Source: Escherichia coli
GTDB taxonomy: Bacteria; Pseudomonadota; Gammaproteobacteria; Enterobacterales; Enterobacteriaceae
Length of the DNA: 64,000 nt
NCBI RefSeq assembly: GCF_003790525.1
Contig: NZ_CP033635.1
Strand: one strand, 5' to 3'
This document shows, one piece after another, positions 21,385-32,786 of this stretch. Within the stretch, counting starts at the first letter, position 1; the number at the start of each line of letters is the position of its first letter. The notes beneath the pieces were generated by a model. That model saw only the letters and a program-made list of their open reading frames with translations, had not been told where the DNA came from and searched no databases. A program made the translations under genes and the position numbers.

Positions 21385-22281
21385 ATGGCAGCAATCGCGT
21401 TTATCGGTTTAGGACAAATGGGTTCGCCAATGGCGAGCAATTTATTGCAGCAAGGGCATCAACTTCGCGTCTTTGATGTGAACGCCGAAGCTGTGCGGCA
21501 TCTGGTAGACAAAGGTGCGACTCCCGCCGCCAACCCGGCGCAGGCCGCTAAAGATGCCGAATTTATCATTACCATGTTGCCGAATGGCGATCTGGTGCGC
21601 AGCGTGTTGTTCGGTGAAAACGGCGTTTGCGAAAGCTTATCTACCGATGCGCTGGTCATCGATATGTCGACCATCCATCCGCTGCAAACCGATAAATTGA
21701 TTGCCGATATGCAGGCCAGAGGCTTCAGCATGATGGATGTTCCGGTAGGCCGTACTTCTGCAAATGCCATTACCGGTACTCTGTTACTGCTGGCTGGCGG
21801 CACCGCTGAACAAGTTGAACGCGCCACACCGATCCTGATGGCGATGGGCAGCGAGTTGATCAACGCGGGCGGTCCGGGCATGGGGATCCGCGTTAAGCTT
21901 ATCAACAACTACATGAGCATCGCGCTCAATGCGTTGTCGGCAGAAGCCGCCGTTTTGTGCGAAGCCCTCAATCTTCCCTTCGATGTTGCCGTCAAGGTAA
22001 TGAGCGGTACTGCCGCCGGTAAAGGCCACTTCACCACTTCCTGGCCGAACAAAGTCCTCAGCGGGGATCTTTCTCCCGCCTTCATGATCGATCTTGCCCA
22101 TAAGGATCTTGGCATCGCCCTTGATGTCGCCAACCAGTTGCATGTGCCGATGCCACTGGGGGCCGCCTCACGGGAGGTTTATAGCCAGGCGCGCGCAGCG
22201 GGTCGCGGTCGCCAGGACTGGTCCGCCATTCTGGAGCAGGTCCGTGTCAGTGCCGGGATGACTGCCAAAGTAAAAATGTAA
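21385..22281 (+). CDS. yihU: 3-sulfolactaldehyde reductase (beta-hydroxyacid dehydrogenase family)
   Basis: N-terminal Rossmann motif [14 protein letters not shown]. Confidence 0.9.
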   Translation: MAAIAFIGLGQMGSPMASNLLQQGHQLRVFDVNAEAVRHLVDKGATPAANPAQAAKDAEFIITMLPNGDLVRSVLFGENGVCESLSTDALVIDMSTIHPLQTDKLIADMQARGFSMMDVPVGRTSANAITGTLLLLAGGTAEQVERATPILMAMGSELINAGGPGMGIRVKLINNYMSIALNALSAEAAVLCEALNLPFDVAVKVMSGTAAGKGHFTTSWPNKVLSGDLSPAFMIDLAHKDLGIALDVANQLHVPMPLGAASREVYSQARAAGRGRQDWSAILEQVRVSAGMTAKVKM

Positions 22282-22304
22282 CGACTGGATAAAGGAATAA
22301 ATGA

Positions 22305-23183
22305 ATGAATAAGTACACCATCAACGACATTACGCGTGCATCGGGCGGTTTTGCCATGCTGGCGGTCGATCAGCGCGAAGCCATGCGCATGATGTTTGCC
22401 GCGGCTGGCGCACCCGCTCCAGTAGCCGATAGCGTTTTAACTGATTTCAAAGTTAACGCCGCGAAGACTCTTTCACCTTATGCATCGGCGATTCTGGTAG
22501 ATCAACAATTCTGCTACCGCCAGGTGGTTGAGCAAAACGCAATTGCCAAAAGCTGCGCCATGATCGTCGCTGCCGATGAATTTATTCCAGGCAACGGTAT
22601 TCCGGTGGATAGCGTAGTCATTGACCGCAAAATCAACCCGCAACAAATCAAACAAGACGGTGGCAAAGCCTTAAAACTGCTGGTGCTGTGGCGTAGTGAT
22701 GAAGATGCGCAGCAACGCCTGGATATGGTGAAAGAGTTCAATGAACTGTGCCACTCACACGGTCTGGTGAGCATCATTGAGCCAGTCGTTCGTCCGCCGC
22801 GTCGTGGCGATAAATTCGATCGCGAACAAGCAATCATCGATGCAGCCAAAGAGCTGGGTGATAGCGGTGCAGACCTCTACAAAGTTGAAATGCCGCTTTA
22901 CGGCAAAGGTCCGCAACAAGAGCTTCTCAGTGCTTCACAACGTTTGAATGACCATATCAATATGCCGTGGGTGATCCTCTCTTCCGGTGTCGACGAAAAA
23001 CTGTTCCCGCGTGCCGTACGCGTGGCAATGACGGCGGGCGCATCGGGATTCCTTGCAGGCCGTGCAGTCTGGGCATCGGTCGTCGGTTTACCAGACAACG
23101 AGTTGATGCTGCGTGACGTTTGCGCACCGAAATTACAACAACTTGGCGATATCGTCGACGAAATGATGGCTAAACGCCGTTAA
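22305..23183 (+). CDS. yihT: 6-deoxy-6-sulfofructose-1-phosphate aldolase
   Basis: 292-aa ORF in conserved cluster position. Confidence 0.88.
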   Translation: MNKYTINDITRASGGFAMLAVDQREAMRMMFAAAGAPAPVADSVLTDFKVNAAKTLSPYASAILVDQQFCYRQVVEQNAIAKSCAMIVAADEFIPGNGIPVDSVVIDRKINPQQIKQDGGKALKLLVLWRSDEDAQQRLDMVKEFNELCHSHGLVSIIEPVVRPPRRGDKFDREQAIIDAAKELGDSGADLYKVEMPLYGKGPQQELLSASQRLNDHINMPWVILSSGVDEKLFPRAVRVAMTAGASGFLAGRAVWASVVGLPDNELMLRDVCAPKLQQLGDIVDEMMAKRR

Positions 23184-23198
23184 GATGGGGATACAAAA

Positions 23199-24440
23199 AT
23201 GAAATGGTTTAACACCTTAAGTCACAACCGTTGGCTGGAACAGGAAACCGATCGCATCTTTGATTTTGGTAAAAATTCCGTGGTGCCGACTGGTTTTGGC
23301 TGGTTAGGCAATAAAGGGCAAATCAAAGAAGAGATGGGCACCCATCTGTGGATCACCGCCCGTATGTTACACGTTTATTCCGTTGCTGCGGCGATGGGTC
23401 GACCAGGCGCTTACTCGTTGGTTGATCACGGTATCAAAGCCATGAACGGCGCACTGCGCGATAAAAAATATGGCGGCTGGTATGCCTGTGTGAATGACGA
23501 GGGCGTGGTGGATGCCTCCAAACAGGGCTATCAACATTTCTTTGCCCTGCTGGGTGCCGCCAGTGCCGTCACAACGGGTCACCCGGAAGCGCGCAAGCTG
23601 CTCGATTACACCATTGAAATTATCGAGAAATACTTCTGGAGCGAAGAAGAGCAGATGTGCCTGGAATCCTGGGACGAAGCCTTCAGTAAAACCGAAGAGT
23701 ACCGCGGCGGCAACGCCAACATGCATGCGGTAGAAGCCTTCTTGATTGTTTATGACGTAACGCATGACAAAAAATGGCTGGATCGTGCGATTCGCGTAGC
23801 TTCCGTCATTATCCACGACGTCGCCAGAAATAATCATTATCGCGTTAACGAGCACTTCGATACCCAGTGGAATCCGCTGCCGGATTACAACAAAGATAAC
23901 CCGGCGCACCGCTTCCGCGCATTCGGAGGCACGCCGGGCCACTGGATCGAGTGGGGTCGTTTAATGCTGCACATCCATGCCGCCCTGGAAGCCCGCGGCG
24001 AACAGCCGCCAGCCTGGCTGTTAGAAGATGCCAAAGGTCTGTTCAACGCCACCGTGCGCGATGCCTGGGCGCCCGATGGTGCGGACGGGATTGTTTATAC
24101 CGTTGACTGGGAAGGAAAACCGGTCGTTCGCGAACGTGTGCGTTGGCCTATCGTCGAGGCGATGGGTACGGCTTACGCGCTCTACACCGTCACCGGCGAT
24201 CGCCAGTACGAAACCTGGTATCAGACATGGTGGGAGTACTGCATTAAGTACCTGATGGACTATGAAAATGGTTCCTGGTGGCAGGAGCTGGATGCGGACA
24301 ATAAGGTCACCACCAAAGTCTGGGACGGCAAACAGGATATTTATCACCTGCTGCATTGCCTGGTGATCCCGCGTATCCCGTTAGCCCCTGGTCTGGCTCC
24401 GGCAGTTGCGGCGGGGCTGCTGGACGTGAATGCCAAATAA
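23199..24440 (+). CDS. yihS: Sulfoquinovose isomerase (N-acyl-glucosamine 2-epimerase-like fold)
   Basis: 413-aa ORF in conserved cluster position. Confidence 0.88.
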   Translation: MKWFNTLSHNRWLEQETDRIFDFGKNSVVPTGFGWLGNKGQIKEEMGTHLWITARMLHVYSVAAAMGRPGAYSLVDHGIKAMNGALRDKKYGGWYACVNDEGVVDASKQGYQHFFALLGAASAVTTGHPEARKLLDYTIEIIEKYFWSEEEQMCLESWDEAFSKTEEYRGGNANMHAVEAFLIVYDVTHDKKWLDRAIRVASVIIHDVARNNHYRVNEHFDTQWNPLPDYNKDNPAHRFRAFGGTPGHWIEWGRLMLHIHAALEARGEQPPAWLLEDAKGLFNATVRDAWAPDGADGIVYTVDWEGKPVVRERVRWPIVEAMGTAYALYTVTGDRQYETWYQTWWEYCIKYLMDYENGSWWQELDADNKVTTKVWDGKQDIYHLLHCLVIPRIPLAPGLAPAVAAGLLDVNAK

Positions 24441-24558
24441 CTGACTGAAAACCCTAACCCTCTCCCCAAAGGGGAGAGGGGACCGCCCGGCGCAGTTTTT
24501 TGGTTTGACATCAGCCTCATGGGAGGCTGTATACCGTTTTTTAATTAAGGTACCTCGT

Positions 24559-25458
24559 ATGCAAACCACCAATATGCATTGCAGTGGACAGACCGTTTCA
24601 CTCACCGCTGGGGATTATCACGCAACTATCGTGACGGTTGGCGCAGGTCTGGCTGAATTAACTTTTCAGGGCTGCCATTTAGTTATTCCGCATAAACCCG
24701 AAGAGATGCCGCTGGCACACCTGGGCAAAGTCCTTATTCCCTGGCCTAACCGGATTGCCAACGGCTGTTATCGCTATCAGGGGCAGGAATATCAGTTACC
24801 CATTAATGAACATGGTTCAAAAGCCGCTATTCACGGGCTGCTTGCCTGGCGTGACTGGCAAATAAGCGAACAAACCACCACCAGCGTCACATTAACGGCC
24901 TTTTTGCCGCCCAGTTACGGCTATCCGTTTATGCTGGCCTCGCAAGTTGTTTATTCGCTCAACGCACGCACGGGCCTTTCCGTTGAGATCGCAAGCCAGA
25001 ATATCGGCACTGTCGCAGCACCTTATGGTGTGGGTATTCATCCTTATTTAACCTGCAACTTAACGCCTGTTGATGACTATGTATTCCAGCTTCCAGCAGA
25101 ACAGGTTTATGCCGTCGAGCACGCGAATCCGACAACGCTTCACCACGTTGATGAGCTGGATTTAAATTTCACGCAGGCGAAAAAAATAGCCGCGACAAAA
25201 ATCGACCACACCTTTAAAACCGCTAATGATCTGTGGGAAATGACCATTACCCATCCACAACAGGTTCTTTCGGTAAGCCTTTGTTCCGATCAACCCTGGG
25301 TGCAGGTTTATAGCGGAGAAAAATTACAGCGCCAGGGCCTGGCAGTTGAACCTATGAGTTGCCCGCCTAACGCCTTTAATTCAGGTATCGACTTATTATT
25401 ACTGGAACCAGGAAAAACGCACCGCCTGTTTTTTAATATTTACGGACAGAGAAAATAA
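24559..25458 (+). CDS. yihR: Aldose 1-epimerase-family mutarotase; ORF opens at 24505, likely start MQTTNM
   Basis: ORF in conserved cluster position. Confidence 0.85.
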   Translation: MQTTNMHCSGQTVSLTAGDYHATIVTVGAGLAELTFQGCHLVIPHKPEEMPLAHLGKVLIPWPNRIANGCYRYQGQEYQLPINEHGSKAAIHGLLAWRDWQISEQTTTSVTLTAFLPPSYGYPFMLASQVVYSLNARTGLSVEIASQNIGTVAAPYGVGIHPYLTCNLTPVDDYVFQLPAEQVYAVEHANPTTLHHVDELDLNFTQAKKIAATKIDHTFKTANDLWEMTITHPQQVLSVSLCSDQPWVQVYSGEKLQRQGLAVEPMSCPPNAFNSGIDLLLLEPGKTHRLFFNIYGQRK

Positions 25459-25655
25459 CTTGTATTGATTAGCAGTCAAAATCATTGAAGAACATTTCAC
25501 TCGTAAAGGCAACGTTATGTATCTTCAATTTATTAAGTTAAAAAAAGCTCAGCTTCTGTAAAGTTTATATATATCAGTTTTATGAGAATCATTTTACATA
25601 AGCCTGTAATAACGGGAAGGAAACAATCTCGTCCTCAACTCTATGGAGATTATTT

Positions 25656-27692
25656 ATGGATACGCCACGCCCACAGCTATTAGATTTTCAATTTCATCAG
25701 AATAACGACAGTTTTACTCTACGTTTTCAAGACCGCCTTATTTTAATCCATAGCAAAGATAATCCTTGCTTATCGATTGGCTCAGGTATAGCGGATATCG
25801 ATATGTTCCGCGGTAATTTCAGCATTAAAGATAAATTGCAGGAGAAAATTGCGCTTACCGACGCCATCGTCAGCCAGTCACCGGATGGTTGGTTAATCCA
25901 TTTCAGCCGTGGTTCTGACATTAGCGCCACGCTGCGTATCTCTGCCGACGATCAGGGCCGTTTATTGCTGGAACTACAAAACGACAACCATCACCACAAC
26001 CGCATCTGGCTGCGTCTTGCCGCACAACCAGAGGACCATATCTACGGCTGCGGCGAACAATTCTCCTACTTTGATCTGCGCGGCAAACCGTTCCCGCTAT
26101 GGACCAGTGAACAAGGCGTTGGTCGCAACAAACAAACCTATGTCACCTGGCAGGCCGACTGCAAAGAGAACGCGGGCGGCGACTATTACTGGACTTTCTT
26201 CCCGCAGCCTACGTTTGTCAGCACGCAGAAGTATTACTGCCATGTTGATAACAGTTGCTATATGAACTTCGACTTTAGTGCCCCGGAATACCATGAACTG
26301 GCGCTGTGGGAAGAGAAAGCAACACTGCGTTTTGAATGTGCTGACACATACATCTCCCTGTTAGAAAAATTAACCGCCCTGCTGGGACGCCAGCCAGAAC
26401 TGCCCGACTGGATTTATGACGGGGTAACGCTCGGCATTCAGGGCGGGACTGAAGTGTGCCAGAAGAAACTGGACACCATGCGTAACGCGGGCGTGAAGGT
26501 CAACGGCATCTGGGCGCAGGACTGGTCCGGGATCCGTATGACCTCGTTTGGTAAACGTGTGATGTGGAACTGGAAGTGGAACAGCGAAAACTATCCGCAA
26601 CTGGATTCGCGTATTAAACAGTGGAACAAAGAAGGCGTGCAGTTCCTCGCCTACATCAACCCGTATGTTGCCAGCGATAAGGACCTCTGCGCCGAGGCGG
26701 CTTCACACGGCTATCTGGCAAAAGATGCCTCTGGCGGCGACTATCTGGTGGAGTTTGGCGAGTTCTATGGCGGCGTTGTCGATCTCACCAATCCAGAAGC
26801 CTACGCCTGGTTCAAGGAAGTGATCAAAAAGAACATGATTGAACTTGGCTGCGGCGGCTGGATGGCTGACTTCGGCGAGTATCTGCCCACCGACACGTAC
26901 CTGCATAACGGCGTCAGCGCGGAAATTATGCATAACGCCTGGCCTGCGCTGTGGGCGAAATGTAACTACGAAGCCCTTGAAGAAACAGGCAAGCTCGGCG
27001 AGCTCCTCTTCTTTATGCGCGCCGGTTCTACCGGTAGCCAGAAATACTCCACCATGATGTGGGCGGGCGACCAGAACGTTGACTGGAGTCTGGACGATGG
27101 ACTGGCGTCAGTCGTCCCGGCGGCGCTGTCTCTGGCAATGACCGGACATGGCCTGCATCACAGTGATATTGGCGGTTACACCACCCTGTTTGAGATGAAG
27201 CGCAGCAAAGAGCTGCTGCTGCGCTGGTGCGATTTCAGCGCCTTCACGCCGATGATGCGCACCCACGAAGGTAACCGTCCTGGCGACAACTGGCAGTTTG
27301 ATAGCGACGCGGAAACTATCGCCCATTTTGCCCGTATGACCACCGTCTTCACCACCCTGAAACCTTACCTGAAAGAGGCCGTCGCGCTGAATGCGAAGTC
27401 CGGCCTGCCGGTTATGCGCCCGCTGTTCCTGCATTACGAAGACGACGCGCAGACCTACACCCTGAAATATCAGTACCTGTTAGGCCGCGACATTCTGGTC
27501 GCTCCGGTGCATGAAGAAGGCCGTAGCGACTGGACGCTCTATCTGCCGGAGGATAACTGGGTCCATGCCTGGACGGGTGAAGCGTTCCGGGGCGGGGAAG
27601 TTACCGTTAATGCGCCCATCGGTAAACCGCCGGTCTTTTATCGCGCCGGTAGCGAATGGGCGGCACTGTTCGCCACGTTAAAAAGTATCTAA
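25656..27692 (+). CDS. yihQ: Sulfoquinovosidase (GH31 alpha-glycosidase)
   Basis: 678-aa ORF; GH31-like catalytic region (WNDMNE-like segment around GIWAQDWSG). Confidence 0.9.
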   Translation: MDTPRPQLLDFQFHQNNDSFTLRFQDRLILIHSKDNPCLSIGSGIADIDMFRGNFSIKDKLQEKIALTDAIVSQSPDGWLIHFSRGSDISATLRISADDQGRLLLELQNDNHHHNRIWLRLAAQPEDHIYGCGEQFSYFDLRGKPFPLWTSEQGVGRNKQTYVTWQADCKENAGGDYYWTFFPQPTFVSTQKYYCHVDNSCYMNFDFSAPEYHELALWEEKATLRFECADTYISLLEKLTALLGRQPELPDWIYDGVTLGIQGGTEVCQKKLDTMRNAGVKVNGIWAQDWSGIRMTSFGKRVMWNWKWNSENYPQLDSRIKQWNKEGVQFLAYINPYVASDKDLCAEAASHGYLAKDASGGDYLVEFGEFYGGVVDLTNPEAYAWFKEVIKKNMIELGCGGWMADFGEYLPTDTYLHNGVSAEIMHNAWPALWAKCNYEALEETGKLGELLFFMRAGSTGSQKYSTMMWAGDQNVDWSLDDGLASVVPAALSLAMTGHGLHHSDIGGYTTLFEMKRSKELLLRWCDFSAFTPMMRTHEGNRPGDNWQFDSDAETIAHFARMTTVFTTLKPYLKEAVALNAKSGLPVMRPLFLHYEDDAQTYTLKYQYLLGRDILVAPVHEEGRSDWTLYLPEDNWVHAWTGEAFRGGEVTVNAPIGKPPVFYRAGSEWAALFATLKSI

Positions 27693-27737
27693 TCATGTCC
27701 GCCCGTGGGGAAACTCACGGGCAAAGGGAGAACAACG

Positions 27738-29123
27738 ATGAGTCACATCACAACGGAAGATCCAGCAACTTTACGCCTGCCCTTTAAAGAGAAACTCTCT
27801 TACGGTATTGGCGACCTGGCCTCTAACATCCTGCTGGATATTGGTACGCTTTATCTTTTGAAGTTTTATACCGACGTTCTGGGGCTGCCTGGCACCTATG
27901 GTGGCATTATCTTTTTGATTTCAAAATTCTTTACTGCGTTTACCGATATGGGAACAGGCATCATGCTGGATTCCCGACGCAAGATCGGCCCAAAAGGCAA
28001 GTTCCGTCCTTTTATTCTGTATGCGTCATTCCCGGTCACCCTGCTGGCGATCGCCAACTTTATCGGTACGCCGTTCGATGTCACCGGTAAAACGGTGATG
28101 GCCACCATCCTGTTTATGCTTTACGGACTGTTTTTCAGCATGATGAACTGCTCGTATGGCGCGATGGTCCCCGCTATTACTAAAAACCCCAACGAACGTG
28201 CATCGCTGGCAGCATGGCGTCAGGGTGGCGCTACATTAGGCCTGCTGCTGTGTACGGTGGGATTCGTGCCGGTTATGAATCTTATCGAAGGTAATCAGCA
28301 ACTTGGCTATATCTTCGCCGCCACGCTGTTTTCACTGTTCGGCCTGCTGTTTATGTGGATCTGCTACTCGGGCGTGAAAGAGCGTTATGTCGAAACCCAA
28401 CCTACCAATCCGGCGCAAAAGCCTGGCTTGTTGCAGTCTTTCCGCGCGATTGCTGGTAACCGCCCACTGTTCATTCTGTGTATTGCCAACCTCTGCACTT
28501 TAGGGGCGTTTAACGTCAAGCTCGCCATTCAGGTCTATTACACCCAGTACGTGCTCAACGATCCCATCCTGTTGTCATATATGGGATTTTTCAGCATGGG
28601 CTGTATTTTCATCGGCGTGTTCCTGATGCCCGGCGCAGTCAGACGTTTTGGTAAGAAGAAGGTCTATATCGGCGGCCTGCTGATTTGGGTGCTTGGCGAT
28701 CTGCTCAACTATTTCTTTGGCGGCGGTTCGGTCAGCTTCGTGGCGTTCTCCTGCCTGGCATTCTTCGGCTCAGCGTTTGTTAACAGCCTGAACTGGGCGC
28801 TGGTTTCCGACACCGTCGAGTACGGCGAGTGGCGCACCGGTGTGCGTTCGGAAGGTACGGTCTACACCGGTTTCACCTTCTTTCGCAAAGTATCTCAGGC
28901 GCTGGCAGGTTTCTTCCCAGGCTGGATGCTGACGCAAATCGGCTATGTGCCAAACGTCGCCCAGGCTGACCACACTATCGAAGGGTTGCGCCAACTGATC
29001 TTCATCTACCCAAGCGCACTGGCAGTAGTCACCATCGTGGCAATGGGTTGCTTCTACAGTCTGAACGAGAAGATGTACGTCCGCATTGTTGAAGAGATAG
29101 AAGCCCGTAAACGCACGGCGTAA
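27738..29123 (+). CDS. yihP: GPH-family glycoside/sulfoquinovose:cation symporter; ORF opens at 27705
   Basis: 12-TM transporter; about 60% identical by eye to the next ORF (tandem paralogs). Confidence 0.88.
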   Translation: MSHITTEDPATLRLPFKEKLSYGIGDLASNILLDIGTLYLLKFYTDVLGLPGTYGGIIFLISKFFTAFTDMGTGIMLDSRRKIGPKGKFRPFILYASFPVTLLAIANFIGTPFDVTGKTVMATILFMLYGLFFSMMNCSYGAMVPAITKNPNERASLAAWRQGGATLGLLLCTVGFVPVMNLIEGNQQLGYIFAATLFSLFGLLFMWICYSGVKERYVETQPTNPAQKPGLLQSFRAIAGNRPLFILCIANLCTLGAFNVKLAIQVYYTQYVLNDPILLSYMGFFSMGCIFIGVFLMPGAVRRFGKKKVYIGGLLIWVLGDLLNYFFGGGSVSFVAFSCLAFFGSAFVNSLNWALVSDTVEYGEWRTGVRSEGTVYTGFTFFRKVSQALAGFFPGWMLTQIGYVPNVAQADHTIEGLRQLIFIYPSALAVVTIVAMGCFYSLNEKMYVRIVEEIEARKRTA

Positions 29124-29165
29124 TTATAATAAACAACGCCCTGCGGGGCGTTATAAGGAGTGATT

Positions 29166-30569
29166 ATGTCTGACCATAATCCACTGACATTAAGACTGAA
29201 TCTGCGGGAAAAAATCGCCTATGGTATGGGCGACGTCGGTTCGAATTTAATGCTCTGCATCGGTACTCTGTATCTCCTCAAATTTTATACCGATGAATTA
29301 GGGATGCCTGCTTACTATGGCGGGATTATCTTTCTGGTGGCGAAGTTTTTTACCGCATTTACCGATATGCTCACCGGATTTTTACTCGACTCGCGGAAAA
29401 ATATTGGGCCTAAAGGCAAATTTCGTCCCTTTATTTTATATGCAGCGGTTCCGGCGGCGTTAATTGCAACGCTCCAGTTTATCGCCACCACCTTTAGTTT
29501 GCCGGTTAAAACGACGATTGCCACCGCACTGTTTATGATGTTTGGACTTTCATACAGTCTGATGAACTGCTCGTATGGTGCGATGATCCCGGCCATTACC
29601 AAAAACCCCAATGAGCGCGCGCAGCTCGCGGCTTACCGCCAGGGTGGTGCAACCATAGGGCTATTGATTTGTACCGTGGCGTTTATTCCGTTGCAGTCGC
29701 TTTTTTCTGACTCAACCGTCGGTTATGCCTGTGCGGCACTGATGTTCTCCATTGGCGGCTTTATTTTTATGATGCTGTGCTACAGAGGCGTCAAAGAGCA
29801 TTATGTGGACACCACGCCAACCGGACATAAGGCCAGTATTCTCAAATCATTTTGCGCGATATTTCATAATCCACCTTTGCTGGTATTGTGCATTGCTAAC
29901 CTGTGTACTCTGGCGGCATTTAATATCAAACTGGCGATTCAGGTCTATTACACCCAGTATGTGCTGAATGATATTAATTTATTGTCGTGGATGGGATTTT
30001 TCAGTATGGGATGCATCCTCGTCGGCGTATTACTGGTGCCATTAACTGTAAAATGTTTTGGTAAAAAACAGGTTTATTTAGCTGGCATGGTGCTATGGGC
30101 GGTTGGTGATATCCTGAATTATTTCTGGGGAAGTAACTCTTTCACTTTCGTCATGTTCTCTTGTGTCGCCTTTTTTGGCACGGCCTTTGTAAACAGCCTG
30201 AACTGGGCACTGGTGCCAGATACCGTAGATTACGGTGAATGGAAAACCGGTATACGTGCCGAAGGTTCTGTTTATACCGGTTATACCTTCTTTCGTAAAA
30301 TTTCAGCCGCACTTGCTGGCTTCTTGCCAGGCATTATGCTGACGCAAATCGGTTATGTTCCCAACATCGCGCAAAGCGATGCGACATTACAGGGTTTGCG
30401 TCAGCTCATTTTTATCTGGCCTTGTGCGCTGGCAATGATTGCTGCATTGACGATGGGGTTCTTTTACACGCTCAATGAGAAACGGTTTGCACTGATTATT
30501 GAGGAAATTAACCAACGCAAAAATAAAGAAATTGAGACAGAAGAAAAAACGGCTTCCGTAACGTTATAA
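29166..30569 (+). CDS. yihO: GPH-family glycoside/sulfoquinovose:cation symporter; ORF opens at 29160
   Basis: Paralog of yihP, same motifs (GDxxSNxxL, KFYTDxLG). Confidence 0.88.
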   Translation: MSDHNPLTLRLNLREKIAYGMGDVGSNLMLCIGTLYLLKFYTDELGMPAYYGGIIFLVAKFFTAFTDMLTGFLLDSRKNIGPKGKFRPFILYAAVPAALIATLQFIATTFSLPVKTTIATALFMMFGLSYSLMNCSYGAMIPAITKNPNERAQLAAYRQGGATIGLLICTVAFIPLQSLFSDSTVGYACAALMFSIGGFIFMMLCYRGVKEHYVDTTPTGHKASILKSFCAIFHNPPLLVLCIANLCTLAAFNIKLAIQVYYTQYVLNDINLLSWMGFFSMGCILVGVLLVPLTVKCFGKKQVYLAGMVLWAVGDILNYFWGSNSFTFVMFSCVAFFGTAFVNSLNWALVPDTVDYGEWKTGIRAEGSVYTGYTFFRKISAALAGFLPGIMLTQIGYVPNIAQSDATLQGLRQLIFIWPCALAMIAALTMGFFYTLNEKRFALIIEEINQRKNKEIETEEKTASVTL

Positions 30570-30635
30570 ATGTCAATAGCCGCTATTTCCATCCTGGTGG
30601 GTGGCGGCCTCCCTACGCTTAAAAATGGACTTATT

Positions 30636-31328
30636 ATGAAAAAGATTAATGCAATAATTCTATTATCCTCTCTGACCTCTGCCTCGGTATTTGCTGGCGC
30701 ATACGTCGAAAACAGGGAGGCATATAATCTCGCCTCCGATCAGGGCGAGGTTATGCTACGTGTGGGTTATAACTTCGATATGGGCGCGGGTATTATGTTA
30801 ACCAATACCTACACCTTTCAGCGAGAAGATGAACTCAAACATGGATATAACGAAATCGAAGGTTGGTATCCGTTATTCAAACCAACCGATAAATTAACCA
30901 TCCAGCCCGGTGGCTTAATTAATGATAAGAGTATCGGTTCGGGTGGTGCTGTTTATCTGGATGTTAACTACAAATTTACTCCATGGTTTAACCTGACGGT
31001 ACGTAATCGTTTTAACCATAATAACTACAGCTCAACCGATTTGAACGGTGATCTGGATAATAATGACAGCTACGAGATTGGCAACTACTGGAACTTTATT
31101 ATTACCGATAAGTTCTCATATACCTTTGAACCGCATTATTTTTATAACATTAATGATTTCAATAGCAGCAATGGTACGAAGCATCACTGGGAAATCACTA
31201 ACACCTTCCGTTATCGCATTAATGAGCACTGGTTGCCCTATATTGAATTGCGCTGGTTAGATCGCAACGTAGAGCCGTACCACCGCGAGCAAAACCAGAT
31301 TCGTATCGGGACGAAGTATTTCTTCTGA
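30636..31328 (+). CDS. ompL: Outer membrane porin L; ORF opens at 30570, signal-peptide start MKKINAIILL at 30636
   Basis: Signal peptide, beta-strand-rich sequence, C-terminal aromatic residue (YFF). Confidence 0.85.
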   Translation: MKKINAIILLSSLTSASVFAGAYVENREAYNLASDQGEVMLRVGYNFDMGAGIMLTNTYTFQREDELKHGYNEIEGWYPLFKPTDKLTIQPGGLINDKSIGSGGAVYLDVNYKFTPWFNLTVRNRFNHNNYSSTDLNGDLDNNDSYEIGNYWNFIITDKFSYTFEPHYFYNINDFNSSNGTKHHWEITNTFRYRINEHWLPYIELRWLDRNVEPYHREQNQIRIGTKYFF

Positions 31329-31337
31329 TGTAAAACT

Positions 31338-31414
31338 GCCGGATGCGGCGAAAACGCCTTATCCGGCCTACGGTTGATACGGTTTCCGTTGGCCGGATTA
31401 AGCCACATCCGGCC
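31338..31414. repeat. REP/BIME palindromic elements
   Basis: GCCGGATGCGGCGAAAACGCCTTATCCGGCCTAC and GGCCGGATTAAGCCACATCCGGCC read directly. Confidence 0.8.
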
Positions 31415-31419
31415 ATTAA

Positions 31420-32685
31420 TTAAGCTTCAGCCGCCAGCATCTCTTTCTTACGTTGGCTAATACGCTTAACCAGCATTACGGAAACCACCGCACCACAGAA
31501 TGCGAAGCAGGCCATAATGCCAAACACGATTTTGTAGCCAATAATCCCCGGATTTAAATCCAGAATGTAGCCATACAGACTGAAGCAGAACATCGCCGGG
31601 GCGTAACCAATAAAGCTACCCAACGCCATCGCCGCGCCTGTTTTATTTTCAGCAATTTTTGCTTCGCCGATAGGTGCAAAAAATACGGCTCGCTGTGTAA
31701 AGACTATCGCGCCAAAGCCCAGCGTACATGCCATCCCTAAATAGACCGGCATACTTTCGTGCGGCAGCATAATCAACAGTACGAGCGCAGCGGTACTGAT
31801 GATAAAGGTGTAGCATAGATATTTACTCGGCGATTTCAGGATCTTATCTGAAATCATGCCACCAATCGGTCCACCAATCATTTTCAGACAGTATTGGTTA
31901 ATGATGCCGTAAGCCCCCACCAGCGCAACAGGCAATAGATAGATGTTTTTCAGGAATGGAATGAAGAATGTCAGGCCACAGTAAACCGCGTAAACGAAGA
32001 AGACGTTGAAAGCGATAAGCCAGATAGTTTTGTCTTTCAGCACCGAGGTCATACTGGTGTTTTTCGATGCTCCGTCTTCTTTTTTCACCTCAACGGACGG
32101 TGCCTCTTCTTTGTCATTCAGAACAAAGAAAATGATAATGCCTACGGCAATCACAATAAGGGAATAGAACCAGATGCCTGCTTTAAAACCCAATAAGCCA
32201 CTGCCAAACCAGGTAAATACTGCCAACGCAGAAAATGCCACCACGGTATCGACAATGCCACGCCCTGTTTCGAAGAAGCCAAACAACCGACCTTGTTGTT
32301 CGCTATTGCCCAATCGACTTACCGACTTGAGCAAGACCGGCCAGTTCATCATGTCGCAAGTAACGCCAAATAGCGCCCAGACAAAGAGGATGCCCCAATA
32401 CCCCGGCATTGTCGTCAAATAAACACCCAGTAATCCTGTCGCAATGAGTGAGAATGACATGGTGTATCTGCGCGGTAGTTTATCGGCAAAATAAATAGAC
32501 AGAAAAAAGCCCACTGTCGTGACAAATGAGTTTACCGACATAGCATTACCAATTTGACCATTGGTCAAATGGAAATATTCCTGCATCGGGATATAAAACG
32601 CATCTTTCAGCGACGGTAATTTATAAATTGTACCGCCACACAGTGTTAATAGACTAAATAACGCCCATTTCTTTTTCGTGAGCAT
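31420..32685 (-). CDS. yihN: MFS-family transporter
   Basis: 421-aa polytopic membrane ORF. Confidence 0.85.
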   Translation of the reverse strand: MLTKKKWALFSLLTLCGGTIYKLPSLKDAFYIPMQEYFHLTNGQIGNAMSVNSFVTTVGFFLSIYFADKLPRRYTMSFSLIATGLLGVYLTTMPGYWGILFVWALFGVTCDMMNWPVLLKSVSRLGNSEQQGRLFGFFETGRGIVDTVVAFSALAVFTWFGSGLLGFKAGIWFYSLIVIAVGIIIFFVLNDKEEAPSVEVKKEDGASKNTSMTSVLKDKTIWLIAFNVFFVYAVYCGLTFFIPFLKNIYLLPVALVGAYGIINQYCLKMIGGPIGGMISDKILKSPSKYLCYTFIISTAALVLLIMLPHESMPVYLGMACTLGFGAIVFTQRAVFFAPIGEAKIAENKTGAAMALGSFIGYAPAMFCFSLYGYILDLNPGIIGYKIVFGIMACFAFCGAVVSVMLVKRISQRKKEMLAAEA

Positions 32686-32786
32686 AACATCCCCTAAGCG
32701 ATTTTTAAAATCACTGTTTTAAAGGCAATAAGATACCGACCATTCATATGGAATGGTTTTATTAACAGCGTATGAGTTAAAACTTA

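Noticed and set aside
30570-30635. N-terminal extension of ompL suggested by the ORF track (start at 30570)
   Set aside because: The extension overlaps the yihO stop and lacks a signal peptide; the Met at 30636 begins a classic signal sequence (MKKINAIILL).
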